Shown here: positions 30,231 through 40,186 of the stretch, piece after piece
How the letters are laid out: the number at the start of each line of letters is the position of its first letter
Numbering within the stretch: position 1 is the first letter of the stretch
Assembly (NCBI GenBank): GCA_025774615.1
Contig: JALGVQ010000004.1
Location: forward strand, 1 to 51,497
Direction of reading: 5' to 3'
From: a bacterium
Lineage (GTDB): Bacteria > Blakebacterota > Blakebacteria > Blakebacterales > Blakebacteraceae
Length of the DNA: 51,497 bases
The notes under the pieces: model-generated
The model's input: only the letters and a program-made list of their open reading frames with translations
What the model was told of the DNA's origin: nothing
Databases searched by the model: none
Translations under genes and position numbers: made by a program

Positions 30231-31103
30231 ATGGTTCGCAGCATGACAGGCTTTGGGCGGGGCACATCGTCGGGTAACGGCGTGGAGACGGTTGTTGAGA
30301 TCCAGACGGTCAACAACCGCTTTCTCGATGTCACCTTACGGGGTGGCAGGGAAGTGGCCGCGCTGGAGTCGAAAGTGAGAGATCTGATACGTAAGCGCCT
30401 TGAACGCGGAAAGGTGACCGTATCGATCACGTGGCATGGAGAGAGTGAAGGGGAACCACAGGCGGATCTCCAGAAGGCGAAGGCATACCATGAGGCGCTT
30501 CTCAGCCTCAAAGATGAACTCAGCCTGACAGGAGATGTCGATCTTGCCATCGTTGCCGGTTTCAGGGATGTGATCAGTTCCACCACCATGGAACACGATG
30601 ATGATGTGGCCTGGGAATACACGGGGCCTGGTGTGAAAGCCGCGCTCGAGGCACTCGTCGGGATGCGTGAGCGGGAGGGAGAGGCGCTGGCGGCTGATCT
30701 TTCACAGCGATTCGAGCAGCTGCAGGCATCACTGCAGCAGATCGAAGAGTTGGCTCCCGGACGGACCACGGCCTATGCCGAGCGTCTGAAGGCGCGGGTC
30801 GAAGAGATGTTCGAAGGCATATCTCTCGATGAGGACCGGATTCATCATGAGATCGCGATCTTCGCAGATCGCATTGATATCAGTGAAGAGGGAACACGTC
30901 TGAAGAGTCACCTCGACCAGGCGCGGACACTGATGGAGGGCGTTGCACCGGCAGGAAGGCAACTGAATTTTCTGCTGCAGGAGATGCATCGTGAAGTCAA
31001 TACCCTCGGCAGTAAAGCGAACGATCAGGAGATCAGTCATCTGGTGGTCGGGATGAAGGAAGAGCTGGAAAAAATAAGAGAGCAGGTCCAGAACATTGAA
31101 TGA
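30231..31103 (+). CDS. yicC: YicC family stress-induced protein
   Basis: MVRSMTGFGRG N-terminus and the C-terminal YicC signature (GRQLNFLLQEMHREVNTLGSKA ... EQVQNIE). TTG 30213 (TTGA overlap with lgt) is an alternative start. Confidence 0.85.
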   Translation: MVRSMTGFGRGTSSGNGVETVVEIQTVNNRFLDVTLRGGREVAALESKVRDLIRKRLERGKVTVSITWHGESEGEPQADLQKAKAYHEALLSLKDELSLTGDVDLAIVAGFRDVISSTTMEHDDDVAWEYTGPGVKAALEALVGMREREGEALAADLSQRFEQLQASLQQIEELAPGRTTAYAERLKARVEEMFEGISLDEDRIHHEIAIFADRIDISEEGTRLKSHLDQARTLMEGVAPAGRQLNFLLQEMHREVNTLGSKANDQEISHLVVGMKEELEKIREQVQNIE

Positions 31104-31734
31104 CAAAGGATTCCCGGTGATCATCAGCGCTCCCTCAGGCGCTGGTAAGACAAGCATCTGTTATGAGGTCCTCCGTCGGATCGATGACGCCGAGTACTCG
31201 GTCTCCCTCACTACCAGGGAGCGACGGGAGAAGGAGCGTGATGGGGTCGATTACCACTTCGTGGCGCCTGAAGAATTCGAGGCGATGGTCGATCGGGGTG
31301 AGCTCGCCGAATGGGCGGAGGTGCATGACGCCCACTACGGTACCCTCAAGGCAAAATTGAGCGGTGCGGTGGAGCGGGGCAAGGTTGTCATTCTCGACAT
31401 CGACGGGCAGGGAGCCCGGAGCCTGAAGAAGAGCTATCCCGACTCGGTCCTGATATTCATCTTCCCACCCTCTCCGGCCGAACTCGCAGACCGTCTTGCG
31501 GGCAGGGGGACCGAGGGGCAGGAGAGCATGAAAGCCCGGCTTGAGGCGGCGCCGCAGGAGGTCGAGAACGTCGAGCTGTACGATTACGTCGTCGTGAACG
31601 AGAACTTTGAAGATTCAGTTCAGAAGATTGTGCATATCATCGAGGCAGAGAGGTCCGCTCTGGAGCGTATGCGTACCTTCATCGACAGATATTCAGCAGA
31701 ATTCTCAGGCAGAGAAGAAGGAGCAGAGAAGTGA
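31096..31734 (+). CDS. gmk: Guanylate kinase
   Basis: P-loop SAPSGAGKTS and GMP-binding TTRERREKERDGVDYHFV. Start is TTG 31096 or GTG 31117. Confidence 0.9.
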   Translation: MNDKGFPVIISAPSGAGKTSICYEVLRRIDDAEYSVSLTTRERREKERDGVDYHFVAPEEFEAMVDRGELAEWAEVHDAHYGTLKAKLSGAVERGKVVILDIDGQGARSLKKSYPDSVLIFIFPPSPAELADRLAGRGTEGQESMKARLEAAPQEVENVELYDYVVVNENFEDSVQKIVHIIEAERSALERMRTFIDRYSAEFSGREEGAEK

Positions 31735-31961
31735 TCGAGGAACGGTTGAACGTTGAGGATTTCCGCAACACTACCCAGAACATATATCGGGCTGTCGTCA
31801 TTGCGGCCCGGGAAGCACGGAAGATAAACAATCTCCGCCGGATGCAGGCGATCCATGATCCGGAATATATCGAACCGGATGCCAAGGTGACCACCGAGGC
31901 CATGACCCGACTCATCGAGGGACGGGTGGAGGCCGAGGAGACCGATTCAGACAAAGAATGA
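31731..31961 (+). CDS. rpoZ: DNA-directed RNA polymerase subunit omega
   Basis: 76 aa with an omega-like core (NIYRAVVIAAREARKIN) in the conserved gmk-rpoZ position. GTGA overlap with gmk. Confidence 0.75.
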   Translation: MIEERLNVEDFRNTTQNIYRAVVIAAREARKINNLRRMQAIHDPEYIEPDAKVTTEAMTRLIEGRVEAEETDSDKE

Positions 31962-31978
31962 GGCTGTGATCCCTGACC

Positions 31979-33178
31979 ATGGCACGAATCCTTCTCGGCA
32001 TCAGCGGCTCGGTAACTGCCTATAAGGGAGCCGAGCTGGCGCGTGAATTCATCCGCAGGGGCCACCAGGTGCGGGCGATCATCACCTCCGGTGGCCAACG
32101 CTTCGTAACACCACTCCAGCTGCAGGCGCTGACCGGACACCCCGTACAGAGCGACCAGTGGGAGACCGACAGACCGGACGGCATCGATCATATCTTTCTC
32201 GCCCGGTGGGCCGATATTGTGGTCGTGGCGCCGGGATCGGCGAACACTCTTGCCCGGCTCGCCGGCGGAATAGCAGATGATCTCCTGACCACGACCCTCC
32301 TCGCGTTCGACGGGCCGCTCATGATTGCGCCCTCCATGAATACGAAGATGCTCCTCCATCACGCCACACAGGCCAACATCGACACGCTCACCGGCAGAGG
32401 AGTAGAGGTGCTGGAGAGCGAGGAGGGCGAACTGGCATGCGGTGAGACCGGTCCGGGCAGGATGATGGAGCCGGTCCGGATCGCCGACCACGTCGAGGCG
32501 CGGCTTGCCGAACGACTCGATTACAGTGGCATCCGCGCGCTGGTATCAGCCGGGCCGACCTTCGAACCGATCGATCCGGTCCGCGTCGTCACCAACCGGT
32601 CATCCGGCCGGATGGGATTCGCGCTCGCCGAGGCGCTTGCCGAGCGCGGCGCTACCGTTCGACTCGTGACCGGCCCGACAGCTCTCGATGCGCCCCGGGG
32701 TGTCACTGAAACGGTCCGGGTGATGACAACCGCAGAGATGGCAGAGGCACTCGGTGAGCGGTTCGGAGAATGCGACCTTCTGATCATGGCAGCGGCAGTC
32801 GCCGACTGGCGTCCCGCCACGGTATCGGAGGATAAACTGCCGCGCGGTGAGGGTGGGATCGACCTGCGCCTGGAACCGACCGCAGATATCATATCAGATC
32901 TTGCCGGCCGCAAGGGTGATCGGACCGTGATCGGATTTGCGCTCGAGTCGGGGGATCTCGTGGCTGGTGGCCGGGCGAAGCTTGAAAGAAAGGGACTGGA
33001 CGCGATAGCGGTCAACGACCCGACCGAGACCGGGGCCGGACCGGAATCGGGAACAAACCGCATCACACTCATCCATGAGGATGGTCGCGTCGAGGATCTG
33101 CCGATGCAGGCGAAGGAGACCATTGCCCACCGACTGCTCGACGCGGTCCACACATACGTCACGCGCAGCCGTGGATAG
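31979..33178 (+). CDS. coaBC: Bifunctional phosphopantothenoylcysteine decarboxylase / phosphopantothenate-cysteine ligase
   Basis: N-terminal flavoprotein domain (GISGSVTAYK, PAMN-like APSMNTKM) and a C-terminal DFP/CoaB domain (ISNRSSG-like VTNRSSGRMG, AAAVADWRP). Confidence 0.9.
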   Translation: MARILLGISGSVTAYKGAELAREFIRRGHQVRAIITSGGQRFVTPLQLQALTGHPVQSDQWETDRPDGIDHIFLARWADIVVVAPGSANTLARLAGGIADDLLTTTLLAFDGPLMIAPSMNTKMLLHHATQANIDTLTGRGVEVLESEEGELACGETGPGRMMEPVRIADHVEARLAERLDYSGIRALVSAGPTFEPIDPVRVVTNRSSGRMGFALAEALAERGATVRLVTGPTALDAPRGVTETVRVMTTAEMAEALGERFGECDLLIMAAAVADWRPATVSEDKLPRGEGGIDLRLEPTADIISDLAGRKGDRTVIGFALESGDLVAGGRAKLERKGLDAIAVNDPTETGAGPESGTNRITLIHEDGRVEDLPMQAKETIAHRLLDAVHTYVTRSRG

Positions 33179-33326
33179 GATCGGTCAGCGCGAATGGCTG
33201 TCTGACGCCGGTCGATTCCTCCGGCAATTCTCTCGTTCTGAAGGTGATATCCTCCTTGCCGCTTCGGCGGTTTCCCATGAAGATGAACCGGTTGCGGGAG
33301 ATCGGTCCCATCCGGAGAAGCCGGTG

Positions 33327-34070
33327 ATGAGCGTTGAAGATGAAAGAGAACAGTTGGACCTGCTCCCGGTGGATGAGTCGGTTCCTGAGCCCGAGTCTGA
33401 GTCCGAGGTCGCTGTGCTCCCCTGGTACGGGCGGCCGCCGCGACCGGAAGTGGATCAGGTCGGGATTCCCGATTCGATGACCTGCCCTGTGCCTGATGAT
33501 GAGGGCAGGACCGATCTGCTTGCTCGACTGGGTGAGGATCTCTCTCCCTGTCTGAAGTGTTCCCTTGGTGAGACAAGGACCACGTTCGTGTTCGGGACAG
33601 GCAATCCTGACGCGAACGTGATGTTCATCGGAGAAGCTCCCGGGAGGGATGAAGATCTTCAGGGTGAACCGTTCGTGGGCAGGGCGGGGAAACTCCTCAA
33701 CAAGATAATCGAAAGTATCGGATTCACCCGGGAAGAGGTCTATATCGGGAACATCCTGAAATGTCGCCCTCCTGATAATCGCGATCCGCGTCCCGAGGAA
33801 GTGGACGCCTGTGAGCCGCACCTGCACCGGCAGATCAAGCTGATCAGGCCCGCGGTCATCTGTGCCCTGGGCAGGATCGCCGCTCAGACCCTCCTGAAAT
33901 CGACCGCACCCCTCGGCAAGATGAGAGAGAGGGTCCACCAATATCAGGGACTTCCCCTGGTGGTCACCTACCACCCGGCAGCCCTGCTCAGGAATCCGAA
34001 CTGGAAGAGACCGACGTGGGAGGATGTGCAGCTTCTGAAGAGTATCCATGATGAGGCAGTAGCCGGATGA
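33327..34070 (+). CDS. Uracil-DNA glycosylase, family 4 (start uncertain)
   Basis: Family-4 UDG core: CLKCSLGETRTTFVFGTGNPDANVMFIGEAPGRDEDLQGEPFVGRAGKLL, then ILKCRPP and YHPAALLRNP. In-frame start candidates are GTG 33171, ATG 33327 and ATG 33477. ATG 33477 gives the canonical length of about 197 aa. Confidence 0.8.
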   Translation: MSVEDEREQLDLLPVDESVPEPESESEVAVLPWYGRPPRPEVDQVGIPDSMTCPVPDDEGRTDLLARLGEDLSPCLKCSLGETRTTFVFGTGNPDANVMFIGEAPGRDEDLQGEPFVGRAGKLLNKIIESIGFTREEVYIGNILKCRPPDNRDPRPEEVDACEPHLHRQIKLIRPAVICALGRIAAQTLLKSTAPLGKMRERVHQYQGLPLVVTYHPAALLRNPNWKRPTWEDVQLLKSIHDEAVAG

Positions 34071-35452
34071 GCGCGCCGGGAAGCAGCGAGCGAAGCCAGG
34101 GCCGCGGGGAGCAGCGACTGCCGCCACAGTCGGTCGAGGCTGAACGCGCGGTACTGGGGGCCATGCTGCTGGGTATCGAGGCGATCGGAAAGGTCGTCGA
34201 AGTCCTGGATGAGACCTGTTTCTATCGGGACGCGAACCGGCGGATATACGAAGCGGTGATCTCTCTCTACCAGAAGAGTGAACCCGCTGACCTGGTCACC
34301 GTCCGTGAGGCACTCAAGAGCGCCGGGAATCTTGAAGCGGTTGGAGGTGAGGTCTACCTGGCGGAATTGCTCGACGAGGTGGCCTCTTCAGCGAACGTCA
34401 CCCACTACGCGCGCATCGTCCTCGAATCAGCGATAAAACGTAAACTGATCGGCGCTCTCACCGGTGTGATCGCGGATGCGTACGATACGACCGAGGAAGC
34501 GACCGACCTGCTTGACAGGGCGGAGCAGACAGTCTTCAGCCTGTCGGAGAGACGGCTCAGGAAAGGCGCTCTGCCGCTGGAGACGATTCTTGAGAAGACC
34601 TTCGAACTCATCGAGAAGGCACACGAGCGGAAGGGCGGACTCTCCGGGATACCCACCGGCTTCAAGAAGCTCGACGACATGTTGGCCGGTATGCAGCAGG
34701 CTGACCTGATCATACTCGCGGGGCGACCGAGTATGGGGAAAACGGCGTTCGCTCTCAACGTGGCCCGGAACATGGCGATCGACGAAGGGATCCCGACAGC
34801 GTTCTTCAGCCTGGAGATGTCGGCACACCAGCTGGCACAGCGGATGCTCTGTGCCGAAGCGAGGGTGAACATACATTCAGTCAGGACGGGCCGCCTTCCA
34901 GCGACCGACTGGCAGAAGCTCTCGATGAGTGTCGGCCGTCTCGCTGACGCGAATATACTGATCGATGATTCGGCCTCGCTCAGTGTGCTCGAGTTCAGGG
35001 CCAAGGCCCGTCGACTGAAGGCCGAATATGATATCGGGCTGATAGCGGTCGATTATCTGCAGCTGATGATGGGACCCCGGTCGGAAAGCAGGCAGATCGA
35101 GATCACCATGATAAGCCGGGCGTTGAAGGCACTGGCCAAGGAACTGAACATCCCGGTGCTGGCACTCAGCCAGCTGAGCAGGGCGGTCGAGACGAGAACA
35201 GGTGATCACCGTCCCCAGCTTTCCGATCTGCGTGAATCGGGAGCGTTGGAACAGGACGCCGATGTGGTCCTCTTCATGTATCGGCCGGAGTACTACAACC
35301 GCGACAAGCCGGAGTTCCAGGGTCTGGCGGAGGTGATCGTCGGAAAGCAGCGGAACGGACCGACCGGCATCGTTCCCCTTGTGTTCCATTCCGAGTACGC
35401 CCGATTCGACAACCCGGCTCCTGATGCCGCGACCAAGGAAGCACCGCAGTGA
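34067..35452 (+). CDS. dnaB: Replicative DNA helicase DnaB
   Basis: N-terminal domain (PPQSVEAERAVLGAMLL), Walker A GRPSMGKTAF, Walker B (IAVDYLQLM) and RecA-like C-terminal motifs. No intein is present. Confidence 0.95.
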   Translation: MSAPGSSERSQGRGEQRLPPQSVEAERAVLGAMLLGIEAIGKVVEVLDETCFYRDANRRIYEAVISLYQKSEPADLVTVREALKSAGNLEAVGGEVYLAELLDEVASSANVTHYARIVLESAIKRKLIGALTGVIADAYDTTEEATDLLDRAEQTVFSLSERRLRKGALPLETILEKTFELIEKAHERKGGLSGIPTGFKKLDDMLAGMQQADLIILAGRPSMGKTAFALNVARNMAIDEGIPTAFFSLEMSAHQLAQRMLCAEARVNIHSVRTGRLPATDWQKLSMSVGRLADANILIDDSASLSVLEFRAKARRLKAEYDIGLIAVDYLQLMMGPRSESRQIEITMISRALKALAKELNIPVLALSQLSRAVETRTGDHRPQLSDLRESGALEQDADVVLFMYRPEYYNRDKPEFQGLAEVIVGKQRNGPTGIVPLVFHSEYARFDNPAPDAATKEAPQ

Positions 35453-36243
35453 AGATCCGACAGGAACCATTCCTTATCCGCGTGATCGAGCGGTTCGGCG
35501 AGAGCTTCATTACTTTATCGACGACCATCGGAGAGGTCGTGATACTCTTCTTCGATATGCTGGGAAGGCTCCCGAAACTCCTCAGGCATCCCAATCTCCT
35601 GCTGACGCAGATGGAGGTCATCGGCCTCCGGAGTATACCACTGGTCATCTTCGCGAGTATGTTCACCGGGGCGGTATCAGCGATGCAGGCGGGGTACCAG
35701 ATGGAGGGGTATGCGCCGCCATCACTGGTCGGCGCGGTTGTCGGGAAGGCAGTGATCCTTGAACTCGGACCGGTACTCACGGCTCTGGTGGTCGCCGGAC
35801 GGGTGAGCACCAGCATCGCGGCCGAACTTGGAACCATGAAGGTGACCGAGCAGATCGATGCGCTTGAGACGATGGCGATCGATCCGGTGTGGTATCTGGC
35901 CGCGCCCCGTTTCTTCGCCGGTTTTCTGATGATGCCGATCCTGGTGATCGTGGGCAGCACGGTTGCGATCCTCGGCGGTTATCTGGTTTCAAATATCACG
36001 CTCGATGTGTCATCACCGACATTCTTCAACGGCGTCAAAATGCTCTTCTCCTCCTACGATGTATTGATAAACCAGGTCAAAGCGGTCTTCTTCGGCGGTA
36101 TTGTCGCCCTCTCCGGTGTCTTCTTCGGGTATCGCACGACCGGAGGAGCGGAGGGTGTTGGAAAAGCGACGATAAACGCGGTCGTTACCGCTCTGGTCCT
36201 GATCCTGGTCTTCGATTATGTGATAGCCTCGGTGATGCTCTGA
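35449..36243 (+). CDS. mlaE: MlaE-family ABC transporter permease
   Basis: 264-aa polytopic protein with the MlaE/DUF140 pattern (ELGPVLTALVVAGRVSTSIAAELGTMKVTEQIDALETM). Confidence 0.85.
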   Translation: MKIRQEPFLIRVIERFGESFITLSTTIGEVVILFFDMLGRLPKLLRHPNLLLTQMEVIGLRSIPLVIFASMFTGAVSAMQAGYQMEGYAPPSLVGAVVGKAVILELGPVLTALVVAGRVSTSIAAELGTMKVTEQIDALETMAIDPVWYLAAPRFFAGFLMMPILVIVGSTVAILGGYLVSNITLDVSSPTFFNGVKMLFSSYDVLINQVKAVFFGGIVALSGVFFGYRTTGGAEGVGKATINAVVTALVLILVFDYVIASVML

Positions 36244-37037
36244 TGAGAAAACGGAACAGAAGCATTCTACCGGAGGAGAACGGGTGCGAGATCGTCATCG
36301 AGCACCTCGCGAAGTCACTGGGGGGCCAGCCGGTTCTGCGGGATGTGAACCTCACGATCCCGCCCCGCGGTACCCTTGGTGTCGTCGGACGATCGGGGTG
36401 CGGGAAGAGTGTTCTGCTCAAACACATCATCGGCCTGATGTGGCCCGATTCCGGAAGAGTCATGATTAACGGTCGCGAGCTGGGTAAAATGGATCGGGAT
36501 GAGCTTTACCAGACCAGGCACCGCTTCGGGATGCTCTTTCAGTCTGCCGCTCTGCTCGACAGCATGACGGTCGGTGAGAATGTCGCGCTCGGCATGATCC
36601 ACAACCGTTCGATGAGCAGACCGGAGATCGCTGATCGCGTGTCTGAATGTCTCACCATGGTCGGGCTGCACGGTCTTGAGGACAAGTTGCCGAGCGAGCT
36701 GAGCGGTGGGATGAAGAAGCGCGCCGGACTCGCCAGGGCGGTAGCGATGGATCCCGAGGTGATGCTTTTCGATGAGCCGACGACCGGGCTGGACCCGATC
36801 ATGTCGGCGGTGATCGACGAGGTCATCAAGGATCTTGTCGAGCGACTTTCAACAACCGCCGTGGTGGTCACTCACGATATGCGATCTGTAAGCACCATCT
36901 GTCATCAGGTGGCATTTCTTCATCGTGGAATTATCTTTGCACAGGGTACTCCCGAAGAGATCATGGCCAGTGAGGATGAGGTCGTGGCTCAGTTCATCGC
37001 GGGTAGAGCTGACGGCCCTATCAAGCCGCGGCTCTGA
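36243..37037 (+). CDS. mlaF: MlaF-family ABC transporter ATP-binding protein
   Basis: Walker A GRSGCGKS, signature LSGGMKKR and Walker B MLFDEPTTGLD. ATG 36243 shares one base with the mlaE stop (TGATG). The longer track ORF from 35889 lies out of frame inside mlaE. Confidence 0.85.
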   Translation: MRKRNRSILPEENGCEIVIEHLAKSLGGQPVLRDVNLTIPPRGTLGVVGRSGCGKSVLLKHIIGLMWPDSGRVMINGRELGKMDRDELYQTRHRFGMLFQSAALLDSMTVGENVALGMIHNRSMSRPEIADRVSECLTMVGLHGLEDKLPSELSGGMKKRAGLARAVAMDPEVMLFDEPTTGLDPIMSAVIDEVIKDLVERLSTTAVVVTHDMRSVSTICHQVAFLHRGIIFAQGTPEEIMASEDEVVAQFIAGRADGPIKPRL

Positions 37038-37079
37038 TTCAAGAAAACCCGCTTCACAACGTTCTGCCCAGGAGTTGGT

Positions 37080-37409
37080 ATGACAGTTCTGATCCATGCG
37101 CTGACAGCGTATCAGCAGGCACAACCCGGTCAGGCCCCGGGGAATCCTATCGGATATTTCCTCCCCTTCGCTCTCATCATCGGGATCTTCTATTTCCTGA
37201 TCATCAGGCCTCAGAGCAAGAGACAGAAAGAGCACAAGGCGTTGATAACTGCTCTGCAGAAGGGCAACAATGTCGTCACCGCCGGAGGATTCCACGGCAA
37301 AGTACACGCGATCAATGAAGAGAAGGACATTGTCGTCCTTGAGATCGCGGACAAGGTTCGCGTGGAGGTCAACCGTTCCAGCATTTCGAAAGTCCAGAAG
37401 ACAGACTGA
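37080..37409 (+). CDS. yajC: Preprotein translocase subunit YajC
   Basis: Single TM segment followed by the YajC motif (IIRPQSKRQKEHKALITALQKGNNVVTAGGFHGKV). Confidence 0.85.
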   Translation: MTVLIHALTAYQQAQPGQAPGNPIGYFLPFALIIGIFYFLIIRPQSKRQKEHKALITALQKGNNVVTAGGFHGKVHAINEEKDIVVLEIADKVRVEVNRSSISKVQKTD

Positions 37410-37414
37410 ATCCG

Positions 37415-37933
37415 ATGGCCCGGATACCGATACGGATTTACGGCGATCCCGTCCTCAGGAAGAAGGCCACCCCGGTCGACGGGGTCGATGAGGAGATACG
37501 GACTCTTGCCGCTGACATGGTGGAGGCAATGCAGGTTGCGGACGGCATCGGTCTTGCCGCCAACCAGGTAGGGGAGCTCTGCCGTCTGCTCACGGTCAAT
37601 TTCGACATCGATGGCGGTGGGGAGGGGGCGACAGCTCTCATCAATCCCCGCATCGTGGAGCAGGAGGGGGAGCAGGTATCGATGGAGGGCTGTCTTTCCA
37701 TCCCTGATATCTGGGAAGAGGTGGACCGGCACGACAGGATAGTGGTCGAATACCTCGATCTCGAGGGAGTGGAACAGACCAGGGAACTGACCGGATTGCA
37801 CAGCGCGGTGGTTCAGCACGAGATAGATCATCTCGAGGGGATACTCTTCATCGACCATCTGCCGTCGGTGCGCCGCATGATGCTGAGAGGGTCGCTCAAG
37901 CAGATGACGCGGAGCAGAAAACAGACAGCGTGA
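37415..37933 (+). CDS. def: Peptide deformylase
   Basis: The three deformylase motifs are present: GIGLAANQVG, EGCLS and HEIDHLEG. Confidence 0.95.
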   Translation: MARIPIRIYGDPVLRKKATPVDGVDEEIRTLAADMVEAMQVADGIGLAANQVGELCRLLTVNFDIDGGGEGATALINPRIVEQEGEQVSMEGCLSIPDIWEEVDRHDRIVVEYLDLEGVEQTRELTGLHSAVVQHEIDHLEGILFIDHLPSVRRMMLRGSLKQMTRSRKQTA

Positions 37934-38892
37934 GGATCGCCTTCCTTGGTAACGGCGCCTTCGGGATCCCGACATTCCGGGCGCTCGCTGACTCACCACA
38001 TGATCTCATCTCTCTCGTCACCAGACCAGACACAGCCGCGGGCCGAGGCAGAAAACAGGCCGCCACCCCTCTGAAGCCGGTCGCTGAAGAATGCGATGTT
38101 CCGATCGTGGAGATCGGGGACCTCCACGGCTACGACACCCTCGAGCGGCTGACCGGGATCGAAGCGGAACTGTGGGTAGTCGTGGCTTTCCCGATCATTC
38201 CATCAGAACTGCTCATCATCCCGCCGGCCGGAGCGGTCAACCTGCATGCGTCGCTGCTGCCGAAGTACCGGGGCGCTGCCCCCATTCAGTGGGCGATCAT
38301 CAACGGTGAACGAACGACCGGTGTGACGACGTTCTTCATCGATACCGGTATCGACACCGGCGGAATATGCCTTCAGAGGGAAGTCGGGATCGAACCGGAT
38401 GAGAACGCTGAAGCACTCTCCCTGCGACTGGCCGACACAGGGGCCCGGCTGATGCTCGAAACGGTCGACCTGGTCGCTTCCGGTACAGCCCCCCGTGTGT
38501 CACAGGATATTGCGCTTGCCACAGCGGCGCCCGGCCTGACAAAGGATGACGGCAGGATCGACTGGGAGATGGCGGCCGAAGATATCAGAAACCGGATCAG
38601 GGGACTCCATCCCTGGCCTGGCAGTTACTCCTCGATCCGCGGTGAGCGAATACTGGTTCTGAAGGCGCGTATCACCACTGACCGTGAACAGCCGTGGGAT
38701 GAGGAGATGAAACCCGCTCCGGGCACACTTGCCGGATTCCTCTCCGATGGAGCGCCGGTCGTTTCGACCGGTGACGGGCAGGGGGTCGTACTGCTGGAGA
38801 TCCAGCGGGAAGGACGTCGACCCGGTGATGGCGCCGCGGTCATGAGGGGCCTGCGTTGTGAAGCCGGAGAGCGCTTCGGTGATGACGGATGA
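37930..38892 (+). CDS. fmt: Methionyl-tRNA formyltransferase
   Basis: NLHASLLPKYRGAAPIQWAI motif. Canonical def-fmt pairing with a GTGA overlap. Confidence 0.95.
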   Translation: MRIAFLGNGAFGIPTFRALADSPHDLISLVTRPDTAAGRGRKQAATPLKPVAEECDVPIVEIGDLHGYDTLERLTGIEAELWVVVAFPIIPSELLIIPPAGAVNLHASLLPKYRGAAPIQWAIINGERTTGVTTFFIDTGIDTGGICLQREVGIEPDENAEALSLRLADTGARLMLETVDLVASGTAPRVSQDIALATAAPGLTKDDGRIDWEMAAEDIRNRIRGLHPWPGSYSSIRGERILVLKARITTDREQPWDEEMKPAPGTLAGFLSDGAPVVSTGDGQGVVLLEIQREGRRPGDGAAVMRGLRCEAGERFGDDG

Positions 38893-40186
38893 GATCAGGG
38901 AGATCGCCGTTGCTGTCCTTGTCGATGTGGAGCGAGGCTCCTTTCTCGACCAGGCTCTCCAGGGGCGAAGGGAGAACCTTACACCTGGAGATCCCGGAGA
39001 ACCGCGCCTCCACTTCCTGACGACCGGTACGGTCAAATGGAAAGGCCGGCTCGACCGCGAGCTGGAACATCGGCTTCCACGCGGTATCGACAGTCTCCCG
39101 GCCGTCTGCAGGGCCATCCTCCGACTTGCGCTCTTCGAACTCCGACACGGTAATTCACCCGATTACGCCGTTGTCGATACAGCCGTCGGAATCACCAGAA
39201 AGAACGGCCTGCATGGTCTGGCACCGGTTGTGAACGGAGTGCTCAGGAACGCGGTGCGGGAAGGGGAACCCCCACTGCCTGATGATGCCGCCGAAAGGCT
39301 TGCCGCAGAACAATCCCATCCTGGCTGGCTCCTCGCCATGATCGATGACGTGTACGGTTTCGGTGCGGCTGCCGGTTTCGCGGCCTGGAACAATATGCCG
39401 GCACCTCTCTGGGTACGAGTGAACAGAGGAGTAATGGAGGTGGAGAAAGCGGTAGAGCGACTCCTGGCCGACGGTATCGAAATCCGGCCGGGGACCCTCC
39501 TGCCCGACTATCTTCTCCTCGGAGAGGGGACCGTTCCGGCCCGCCTCGACGGGATCAGGGAGGGCTGGCTCACCGTGCAGGATCCTTCTGCGGGACTGGC
39601 TTCTCTCGCGGCGATGCCGGTCGACGGATCGCGTTCAGCCGATATCTGTGCCGCTCCCGGTGGGAAGGCCACCCATCTTGCGGAGCTGGGAGCTGTGGTT
39701 GAGGCATCGGATAGTTCATCTGAACGAATGATCAGGCTCAGGGAGTCGATCGAGCGGCATGCCGGGGGGAGTATACTGGCGGTGGAGTACAGCAAACTCC
39801 TCTCACGCCGAAGGGAATTCGACCGGGTTCTCGTTGACGCTCCGTGCAGTAATACGGGAGTGCTCAGACGCAGAGCGGACGCGCGCTGGCGCCTGGTGGC
39901 TGATGAACCTTCACGACTCGCGAAGGTACAGTACGGACTGCTCGAGAATGGGGGGGAACTGGTTCGTCCGGGAGGCGTACTGGTCTACAGTACCTGTACA
40001 CTTCTCCCGGTAGAGAATGAATTGGTGGTAGATCGGTTTCTGTCGCACCATACTGCCTTCATTCCTGACCCACTCCCCGATACCGTTCCGGAGTTGTTCA
40101 GGACAGGTGAGGGCAGGGCGATCTCACTCCCCTGGATGCACGGCCTGGATGGCTCGTTTGTCGCAAGGATGAAACGACTGCAATGA
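38882..40186 (+). CDS. rsmB: 16S rRNA (cytosine967-C5)-methyltransferase RsmB/Sun
   Basis: NusB-like N-terminal domain plus the m5C methyltransferase motifs (DICAAPGGKA, DAPCSNTGV, YSTCT). ATG 38882 is preferred over the upstream track start at 38858. Confidence 0.85.
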   Translation: MTDEIREIAVAVLVDVERGSFLDQALQGRRENLTPGDPGEPRLHFLTTGTVKWKGRLDRELEHRLPRGIDSLPAVCRAILRLALFELRHGNSPDYAVVDTAVGITRKNGLHGLAPVVNGVLRNAVREGEPPLPDDAAERLAAEQSHPGWLLAMIDDVYGFGAAAGFAAWNNMPAPLWVRVNRGVMEVEKAVERLLADGIEIRPGTLLPDYLLLGEGTVPARLDGIREGWLTVQDPSAGLASLAAMPVDGSRSADICAAPGGKATHLAELGAVVEASDSSSERMIRLRESIERHAGGSILAVEYSKLLSRRREFDRVLVDAPCSNTGVLRRRADARWRLVADEPSRLAKVQYGLLENGGELVRPGGVLVYSTCTLLPVENELVVDRFLSHHTAFIPDPLPDTVPELFRTGEGRAISLPWMHGLDGSFVARMKRLQ

